NCBI RefSeq assembly: GCF_964204645.1
Contig: NC_134034.1
Span: forward strand, 9,064,962-9,128,961
Origin: Tubulanus polymorphus
Taxonomy: Eukaryota; Animalia; Nemertea
Direction of reading: 5' to 3'
Length of the DNA: 64,000 nt
The notes beneath the pieces were generated by a model. It saw only the letters and a list, made by a program, of their open reading frames with translations. It was not told the origin of the DNA and made no database searches. Below, in pieces: positions 54,296-64,000 of the stretch; position 1 is the first letter of the stretch, and each line of letters begins with the position of its first letter. A program made the translations under genes and the position numbers.

Positions 54296-55459
54296 TTAAT
54301 CTGTTCCACATTTATATAATGCACAAATATCGTCCAAAAATGACATGAACAAATTGTCAGTGTCAGCATGTAATCGACGCCACATGAACTCACCAAAGTA
54401 CGAATCGTACATATGCTTACGGGTGCCAAATTTTGGTAAGCTGGATTTTGCCAGGTGCCACATGCCTTCCACTGTGTTGATATGCGCGCCAGTCTCAGGG
54501 TCCTTGAAAGTGACCGAATGATTGACGGAAAAGTGTTCAAAACCTTCCTCGTCTAGCGTTTTATACGACGACCAACAATCTGAGATAATTACAGTCCCTG
54601 CCTCAATCCAATCATGGATAACGGAATAAAGCGTGTCACGCCCCCGGTCTGGCACACACACCAGAAAACAGCGAACAGGAGGCTGACCCCTCTCCACTCC
54701 TCCAAACACCCATTGCCCCTCCACCCGTTTCCCTTTGTGGTATTTTCTTTTCCCAAATTTCAATTCGTCAATCTCGACAATTATTCCGGGTCCGCCAATT
54801 TTGGAAGATCTCTTCGTGATTACCATGTCCACGCACACTTCACGACAGAAACTGAACCAATCCACAATCGTCGGCAAACTTAGGCCACATTCATGGGCCA
54901 CATTCGTCAGTGATATTTTCCGGCTCCACCAGTACGTCACTTTGAGGATGGTTCTAATACTCAGTTTGCTGCTACTAAACCACGAGTCCGCTCGCACCGA
55001 TTTTTTGGACTTGCAGCTGGGACATCGCCATATGTAGCCGTCGATTCGAGACTTATCCTTCACTTCGTACATTGCGTTGCCACAAGACACACACTCACGA
55101 CAAGCACCTAACAATTCTAAACAGAAATACATAACGTCATTCATGTTTCAAGCAAAAACCATAAATTACAGTTCTGGCAAAGTCCAATCATTACCATTGC
55201 AATAAAATTCTTTCATTTGAATATATCCAAAAACTATTGAATGGCTACATAAACAAGATATTCTAAAGCAAACAATGATTTAGGGGAATCATATACCACT
55301 CTAATTTCGCACGGATTACTTATCTCACAATTACATTCTCAGTGCATCATTTCAATACTTACTATTCTTCTGACACCATCGAAATAACTTCTCAGAATCC
55401 ATGCATAATTTGAACAAATCTTCAGCTGTCCGCATTTCGATTTCTTCGACTGTGGCCAT
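54296..55459 (-). CDS. Merlin/ISXO2-like transposase, 2 exons (55459-55363, 55116-54296), ~305 aa, intact
   Basis: MATVEEIEM...WCQKN|KLLGACRECVSC phase-1 splice; EIDEL, RKYHKG, WVFGG, SDCW, INTVEGMW, YFGEFMWRR. Confidence 0.92.
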
Positions 55460-55880
55460 CTTAACAAATACACACTATTTCAAACCTACTGTCTAGACGA
55501 CGATGCACATTTCACCCTAAAACAGCAAATCTCTGGACATTGTCACACACAACAAATCAACATAACAATGCAATTGGACTATCCTAAATAACCTAATTCT
55601 ATTATCAGGGATGACACCATCACACCTTGGACTACCCTACATAACCTTATTCTATTATCAGGGATGACACCATGACACCCTGTCTCCAGAATTATCCTCA
55701 ACAGCATTAGCTGGTCCAAAATGCCACCAACAAAAGGGATGTCAGCTGCACACCTAATATATCCTTACAATGATGACCACATTTTCCTGCACATTTTCCC
55801 CCCCTATTAATAACATTAACCTTCACACACCTTCATATAAAGATGCCCTCAACCTCTGCATGGGCCTCTTACATACCAAG

Positions 55881-58047
55881 ATGTCGAATAGGAGATTCAA
55901 ACAGGAGAGTATCAACAAGCTCTACAAATCCGCATATAGGGAAAAGTTCTCGTGGGAACATATATTCAATGAAGAGACGTTGCACTGGCTGCAATTACAT
56001 GAACAGGCATTCAACTGCAATGTTGGCATATCAGTAGCAAACATATTAACTGCCACTGCTGCACTGCTGGGGCCAAATGTAGCAGTAAAAACTACAATGA
56101 ATGAAACGTCATTGAATACTTACGTCATGTCCGTTTGTGTTTCGGGTGGAGGAAAAACAATTGCGTATAACAACATTACCAAGCCGGCACTGAAAGCATT
56201 CAACAATAAATACGGTTTAAACCTTCAGCTTGAAACTTACAGCATAGCAGGTATTCAGCAACACCAAAAACAGACCAACGGCTACGGACTAATAACAGCT
56301 GACGAAGGGGGAAGAAGACTGAAAGCAATTACATGCAAACAAACAAAAGGTGAGGGCGAACTGGGCCTCCTCAACAAAATGTGGGGAGGGGAAGGTGACA
56401 CATCAGTCCTCAGTACAGGCGCTCGGGGTTTTAACAAGACTGGCATTTCGATGAACGTTCCCGTTCAGCTCTGCTCTCGAACGAAATGATGCACTTGGCG
56501 GCTGTGGCAGATGGCTTTATGGATAGAATATTGTTCATTGTGTCGAAACCAAAATTCCATGATGCCCACATCAACGAACAGAGCGCTGCCCAGTATGACG
56601 TGAACACTGTCCAACATATATGACGCCATGCTGACACACCACCAGGATAAAGTGACTTACACATTTGATGAGAACGCCACCGAACTGTACCGCAACATGA
56701 CAAGCAACTTCGCCCAATACATGTCCGAGAAATATAACACAGATTCAGATTCAGGTACAGTACACACCTTTAATTATCGAATTCTTACATGAAACTGTAA
56801 AATTGGAAAACCATTGCTTTGCTCATCTAAATAAACTTTGGACGTTTCCTTCCATTCCTGTAAATAGACAAACATACCACGCACATATATACTATGTATG
56901 CAATCATTTGTTGGCGAACATGTGCCTAATGTATACCAATTCTTTTTACAGATGCACCAGAACAAACGATAACCCAGCAACTGGAAACGCCGATTACCAT
57001 AACGTCCACAAAAGATTCCCAGCACGTCATCAAACTCGCCACAATAATCCATATTGTAGATCACTATTTCCTTACCACACATAATCCACCCCCAACAGAA
57101 ATAACTCAGCGAAGCTTTAAAGCTGCGACCAGACTGCTTTTCACAATGAATAAACAAAAGGCACTGTTCATGGATGTAAGTAACGCCGACAGCCTTTTGA
57201 ATTTAAACATCTACTTTTATGCAATTCGATCAGGGGTCACTTACCCTATACGACCTATCTCCTGATTTTACTGGTTTATTCACTGACATAACAATCTGAA
57301 AAAGACAATTAATCCTAAACATTTGCTTTCAGTCAACATTATGATTATATGTTACAGGCAATTCAGACTATAATGCAAGATGCAGCTCTCAACATTCGGG
57401 CAACACCTAATTGGAATCAGAGGATTCTGAAAGCCATATGCAATCTTCCCGGACCTATGATAACAACACGAATGGTACAACTACGGATAGCGGGTAGCTT
57501 ACAGCAACAAATCAAATGTAAGTAATGTACTTAAGGACCACTATTCACTGCATTACGCACAAAAAATTTTTTTCTATTCTTTGCCCCCTTACCATTTTGC
57601 TAAATTTGGAACACCATACTCAATTCTATTATCAATTAAATGAAACACACACCCTACATAACCATCACAAACTCCATAGGCAAATATAATAACCATTATG
57701 ATAATGTCCCCTTCTCTTCAAACATTCCTAAAATGAGAAACAATACAATGTTTACACATAATTAAAGACCTCATGATCTTATATTTTTGAAATGTTTGTA
57801 TATTGCAGATAAATTACAGGAAATCGGAGAAAGCGGTTTCGGAACATATGCTACAATAAAGGTGGGACGTCAGAATAGAGATATATTTCTAAAGCCACAT
57901 CCAGACACTATAGAAATCACAAGCAACCATCTTACAACAGCGGGTACAAGCCATGATGTTTATGTGGCAAAATTCTACGACCTAAAAGATATGACAGATA
58001 CCATGACACCAAAACCACATTCTCTCTATATCTTTGCCAGTTGTTGA
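55881..58047 (+). CDS. DUF3987/YfjI-like P-loop NTPase, 4 exons (55881-56754, 56952-57175, 57358-57517, 57809-58047), frameshifts in exon 1
   Basis: VCVSGGGKT, YSIAGIQQHQ, LITADEG, LNKMWGG and DGFMDRILF. Exons 2-4 align to Merlin-1 exons 2-4 (SKD..H, PGP, LQE...G). Frameshifts at ~56470 and ~56612. Confidence 0.8.
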
Positions 58048-60740
58048 GGTGTCGAGCTGTCGAGCTGTCAGTCCTACAAGCCACGTTCTCTCTTTATCAT
58101 CATGTATAGTAGGCTTTGTGTCGCACCGCCATCTATCCACCAGTCCCTTTTGGATTGCTAAGTATCGCCAGGTACCATCTATGGACAATTTACGGGAGCT
58201 ACCACCCGCGCTATAGTCCCCTATTCTTAAATCGCACCCTTGTTGATGTTGTTCATTTATCCACTATAGAGTTTCGATAAACAATTGGCTGTTAAGGATC
58301 AGTATCAGCGGGCACGACGCCTTACTTTATTAAAATAACAAGGGATGAAACGGCTTCGCTTTTGCCTGTGACCGTATTGATGCGGCGGAAACCACTGCGC
58401 ATGCATACTAGGAGGCCTCGAGTCAAAAAAAGAAAGACAAATAAGTAAATATTCATTTCAGGAGCTATCCTAGCATTTCCTTTAATAGTGAAGACGAATA
58501 TTTCAACTTATTAGGCAAAGGAGATTGGGAAAAGTAAATTTTTGGTGGGGAAAAAAATTTGAGAAAGACAAGGCCTGGATTCTGGTGGAAAATACTAAAA
58601 AATTTGCCATTCGATAGCCATTATTTTACTTATACTTGGCCGATTTCTTAATAAAGAATGAATTTAATGAGTAACATTGTCGTTTTAGTTGCTAATTTGC
58701 CATTTTGAGTAGCAAAAACGAACCAGGAAGTGTTTTAATTGATCATCTGGCAGCCGGTGTGGAGCCGGAAGTGACCTGGATGTAAACAATTTTAAGCACC
58801 TCGCCAACTTTAGGTCAAAATCCGCGAAAGACTACTAAATCAATCATAAAAGTAATTACAGAAAATGATTAATAAAGTATTCAATTTTGAAACGTATGGG
58901 TGTACTTTTTGTCAATTATTATAATTTTCGAATATTGAAGCTTTGAAATACGTTCATCGCTTGAAAATAGCAAAAACACGGCCGGGCAAAAAAGTACGCA
59001 TCACTACGTTATAGCCGAGAAATGTTTTTAAAATGTCCCGAGGTCAAATAATCAGCCAATCAGCAGTGGGCTTGCGGATTTGACCTGAAAAATTGCATGT
59101 GGTTTTCACGTGATTGAAAAATGCATGTTCAAACATGGCCGCCATTTTGTTTCCTAGAAATCCGGCGATGCGCGCTGAACTACGATTTATTCGTCTGTAA
59201 CTACGCAAGATACACTCATGAAATTTACACCACAACAAATAACTGGTAAATTGAGCATACTGAGCAAGTTTGGTTTCAATCGGATATAAAATGCGTTTTT
59301 TGTGAGTGAATAAAAATTTGAAGCGAGGAAAACGCTAATTATGACACATTTTGATCACGTGACCTGAAATCCCTATTAACATGCTCTCCTGGCATTTGAC
59401 TCATCATTGCTTTCACAACCGGCTTACGTAGGGCCTACCATCCTTTTTGACACACCAAATCGAGCTGCCATTGAACAAAAGGATTCAGAAGTGCCTGAAC
59501 TGATGAAATTAAGCAAAACATCCATCCATCATGTGTTAATAATCCAGAATGAAAATAAGTGAACGTAGGGCCTTGTTCATTATACCTTGTTCATATTATA
59601 CCTTGTTCAGTGGATATCGTTTGATTGGGTTAATATGTAATAGATGAAATCTAAGTGACGGACGCCACGGTCAATGCTTGATTAAATTTTTCATAGCAAG
59701 AAATCGTACAGCAATTCGAAAAGAACCACATTCACGTACGAATGTTTTGATGAGCATTTTATGATGAGTTGATGAGAAAATTCAATATTTAGTTTTTGAC
59801 TGGTAAAAAATGAAAGTTTGACGGGTAGAAAATGAAAGTTTGACGGGTAAATTTGATATTTCATTTTGACAGCATATCCATGCCATAGTATTCTTCCTAG
59901 GTCTCCAAATGTTTACAAAAAAAGTATCGTAGTTATCAATAGGACTATTGCCTGTTCAGAGACTTGGAAAATGTAAAAAATATTAGCCTTATTACAAGCA
60001 ACCAGAGACTAGACATAAAAGGCATGATTTATGGTAGCATTAAGATTAGAATTTGGCTAGTGTTTCAATTTATGTTCAATAGATGGCGCTAGTTATAGCT
60101 CGGCTGTCAAAATATGTTAGCTCAGGAGGCAGTTACACCCGATAATAATTCCTAAATTTGCAATCCAAACTTCTAAAGGCAATCGTCAACTTAAATATCG
60201 ATTAAAAAAACATTTTATTGATGACTTTCATCTGTTTTGTGCATTATCTGCATTTTTCGAATGTTAGTACATAAACTATGAAAAATAATGAAATAATGAA
60301 CATTTTCATAATTCATACAATTTATTATAAATGATACCTTACAACGATAGATGGCGCTTGCATACAATCAAACCCACTACACTCCTAAAGATCTGGCTCT
60401 TTAAAGACAGAGATGTTCGAATAAATTTCAGCTGTATATGTACTAAAAAAAAAACTGCTTAGGAGCTTTAAGCTATAACAACTCGCATGTTTTCACTAGC
60501 TGGCGTATATGAAAAAAATCTATTTGTCAAAAACGCGTATTGAAAAACCTCATAAATTTCATTTCTATTGTTGAACTGAGCATACATTCTACCAAGCCAT
60601 GTGCTCAAACTACAAATTCGATCAAATTTTATTCTGCCAAAAAAATAAAATCCAATTCAATTTTGTTTTATTTAGCAACTTTCAGAAAATCCAATTCAAT
60701 TCTATTCAGCATTCATATCAATAAGACCAAGAGAAACGAT

Positions 60741-60873
60741 CACAGGGGCTTGACACAAAAGGTGTTTTACCCCAGTATCCTAGGTTTTTATATGATGTCA
60801 TTTTAGGTACTATATATGAAAAGTGTTTTACCAGGATACTGGGTTCAAAAACCTTTTGTGTTCAGCCCTTGTG
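60741..60873. mobile_element. Small MITE
   Basis: cacaggggcttgacacaaaagg...ccttttgtgttcagcccttgtg imperfect IR; no TSD seen. Confidence 0.5.
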
Positions 60874-61099
60874 GAAAAGACGATTGTACTGTGTAAATTA
60901 TAGATATTGTCTCTGAGCTTGGTGTGTATTTTTACAAATATAACCCACAGAAAGCATCACTTGCCATTTTGTGTAAAGCTGACAGGCTGACCATTATGCC
61001 CCTTGGGGCTCTTGTTTTAATTTTTCGTAATCAATACCTCCAGTAAGATTTAGATGGAGTTTGTTATAATTTTACTAATTATCCCTTCACCATGCTCTA

Positions 61100-62110
61100 T
61101 TGCATCTGAATTTGTGACCTCGTGCCAGATTGCGCGAAACCGTATTATGATATGCGTGACATAATGAGTACCGATAGATCGGGTGTCATCATAAAAGGTG
61201 AAGCCGTGTTGATTCCGGTTGCACTCCGTTCCAATATGAAGCGTCGCCTTCATTCCGCACATCTCGGATACCAAAGTATGTTGCGTCGTGCACGAAATAC
61301 GGTATAGCGCATGACATAAAGCAGCTCAACGACAGTTTGTGAGTTGTGCCAAGAGATGCGTCCGCGTAATCGTAAAGAATTTCTGAAACAACATGCGGAT
61401 GGTCAACCATGGGACAAAGTAGGCGTAGACCTATTTGAGGTGAAAGGGAGAAACTTTTTAGTCTCGATCGACTATCACTCAAATTTCATTGAGGTAGATC
61501 GCATGTAGTCAACGACAAATTCAGCGGTCATTGAGAAATTAAAGAAGCATTTCGCCAGATTCGGTATTCCGAAATGCATTGTGTCCAATCCGGGTCCGCA
61601 ATTTATTGCGTCGGAATTTGCAAAATTTGCGCGACAGTGGGGATTCATTCACGTTATGTCCTCACCCGGTCATCACTCAGCCAACGGAAAAGCCGAGGCT
61701 GCTGTGAAAGTGATGAAACACATGATGCTGAAAGCGCTCAGGGATGGTACTGACCAATCTCTCGCTCTCTTGGAGCAGCATAACACTCCAAGGCAGGACA
61801 CCGAGCTTAGTCCTGCGCAGATGTTATCCGGTCGTGGTACTGGTTCGTTGCTTCCATCTTTGTGGCGAAACGCCGATGGAACCTGGGATTTGCGCGCTGC
61901 AGAGAAGCGAGTTAAGCGTAAAGCAACCTTAAAACGTCACCATGAGAAAAGCGCTTGCAATATCCGCCCTCTCGGAGTGGGTCAAATAGTGTGTTTCGAG
62001 CATAGAAGGGAAAAAGATGGGTTTTAATTGAAATCTCTGATTTGAATGGTGACCGTACCTACACTGTGCGTGGTGTAAACGGTGGCGTGTATCGCAGAAA
62101 CCGTGTGCAT
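61100..62110 (+). pseudogene. Decayed Gypsy (Mag-like) integrase; PPT at ~62345-62355 followed by a probable LTR start tgttg
   Basis: IIKGEAVLIP..LHSAHLG, PWDKVGVDLF, NPGPQF, SSPGHHSANGKAEAAVK, with multiple stops. Confidence 0.85.
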
Positions 62111-62545
62111 ATCCCTCCAACCTGTGTCAAACCCTGTCTGCTAGTCGGTGATCCTAGCGAAACCGTATTATTCGAACATTCGATAGTTCCGAAACACAAT
62201 TGAAAGCAGGTGACACTAGCCGTGGTGCTCACTCCTCCGTATCTGAGAAATTGTGTTATGATAAGAAGACAATCATAAGTTTGATTAATTTGATTTAGAA
62301 TTAGAGATTTGTATTTTGATAGTTTTCATGGGTCATAGTATCTTAGGAAAAGGGGATGTTGATGAAGTTAGTTCATATTCATATTCCTAGTTTGCTGTAA
62401 CCCAATCCGTGTATTACTGAAAACGGGATTCTGTATACGTGTACTGTATGCTACGTGGTAGTGATAGCCGAGCAGAAATAAACATCATATATTCTGTTAA
62501 ATATATCGTAAAAATAAATATATTGTATTAATATGAACGGACCTA

Positions 62546-62706
62546 ACGTTCGAATAATTCCGCTAGGATCACTGACTAGCAGACGGGGTTTGACACAGGT
62601 TGGGCGGACATGCACACGGTTTCAGCGATACACGCCACCGTTTACACCACGCACAGTGTAGGTACGGTCACCATTCGAATCAGTGATTTCACCTAAAACC
62701 CATCTT
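62546..62706 (-). repeat. Inverted duplicate of 62014-62177
   Basis: Reverse-complement match, e.g. gtgaccgtacctacactgtgcgtggtgtaaacggtggcgtgtatcgc. Confidence 0.85.
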
Positions 62707-62883
62707 AGGAAATTTATGCAGATTAGGATACAATGGGACAGCACAATACAAAGTCATTTTCGGCTTTTATTCAGTGTCATTTTCACAGAATGTCTATGGT
62801 TTCCCTTACAAGGAAATAAAAACAATGCCCTCTAGTACAGTGCTTCAAAATTTTGCTGTGGCATATTGTTCTGCTAACCTGTC

Positions 62884-63762
62884 CAAGGCTGTAAATAAGC
62901 GGCCGGTCACGGACATTGGCCGGCTCAAAACGCTACGATGTCCGTTGCAAAATCGCTCATGCCTGTCACGCTGACCGGCACGAAAATTTTCATGGTTCTA
63001 ATAGTTTTAGCTTTTTTGAACCCATATGAAAATAAATAGCGCCGTTTCCTATCACCGATCAATTAATTCCGATGTTTATTGCGATAAATCGCGCCAGTTG
63101 TCTTCTGATCAATTCCGTTGCTTATTGCGGTGAAATCGCGCTACCGTATTTTCTGGCCAATAAGCTGACTTGGCCAATAAGCCGAGGGCATTTTTTTAGC
63201 CTAAAATACATGGATTTCATTAAGCTTCGCCCAATAAGCTGAAGCCATTCATCAGAGATTTTAATTCACTGATTTGTCAATTAGTTCAACTTAATTGACG
63301 ATCTAAGAGGCTGACAATAGCGCCCGCCGATGTGTGAGAATGCTGTGTATACTATCATCGCCGAATGACTGTGCTCTCACTCAGCTGATTACTATACACA
63401 CAGCCATACACGCAGTACGCGGCTCACTGCTGATTTGCATATATACTAATGTATGAACTGACACGTGGTAGTACGATGAACTCGCTCGTTATATAAATGT
63501 ATACCATTGCCGCTGTGCAGTGATGAAACAATCAAAGTAAAAATAAAATAGTTCAAAATAGATTATAATTGGTAGTAAATAATGACCTCAAATAAATATC
63601 GACCACTTTTCTTGATTTTGACGGCACCAAAATCATTGTCAGGCACCATACAGTTGGTGCCTGACATGTAAATGGCAGGAACCAACTCATTAATGTCAGG
63701 CAGCATTATAGTTGGTGCCTGACATGTGACAGGCACTGGCAAAAAAATTATTTACAGGCTTG
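62884..63762. mobile_element. Non-autonomous TIR element with 5-bp TSD (hAT5-like, tentative)
   Basis: TIR caaggctgtaaataa / ttatttacaggcttg; TSD ctgtc on both sides. Confidence 0.65.
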
Positions 63763-64000
63763 CTGTCTTTAAATTAGAGAATATTTTCGATAGCCTCTTT
63801 CAATTCGTGAAGAGTTGCTTCTGTTTGCTTGATTTTGGCATCATTTGGTGCTACTAGTCCGTCACTATTCCGGCTTCAAAATCACTGCATGCACTCTTCC
63901 TGGGTCTCAGTACACATTCACGAATTGTGTTCGATTTACTAGATGTTGCACTTCTTAATTTCATCTGTTCAATCGATACTGCCTCGTGTTTTTTTTACAC

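Larger units (their letters stand above)
53418..58238. mobile_element. Merlin-2: two-gene Merlin transposon
   Basis: 25-bp imperfect TIR ggtaagattcaagaataggggacta / tagtcccctattcttaaatcgcacc; 8-bp TSD cttgttga (53410-53417, 58239-58246). Confidence 0.93.

Overview
AT-rich eukaryotic (most likely metazoan invertebrate) DNA with spliceosomal GT-AG introns. It consists almost entirely of nested transposable elements; I recognised no ordinary host gene and no CRISPR array. Main observation: two distinct Merlin (IS1595/ISXO2-type DDE) transposons, 11129-16676 and 53418-58238, each bounded by GG...CC terminal inverted repeats (TIRs) and an 8-bp target-site duplication (TSD). Each carries an intact spliced transposase plus a second, four-exon gene for a DUF3987/YfjI-like P-loop NTPase, with the same three intron positions and phases in both. 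In the first element the transposase gene lies antisense inside intron 3 of the NTPase gene; in the second the genes are head-to-head. A third Merlin (42850-44844) has only a transposase. Also present: a full-length Gypsy element (30432-38670; non-canonical TT...AA LTR ends, putative UAG readthrough signal, intron-like duplication in the LTR, chromodomain-like integrase tail), two hATw-like elements with Spindlin/Tudor-like C-termini, two near-identical MULE-like non-autonomous elements, a Helentron-like remnant with tandem C76 and OTU deubiquitinase domains, a solo LTR, a decayed second Gypsy, several MITEs and minisatellites. Family assignments are by eye from motifs and TSD lengths; no database search was run.
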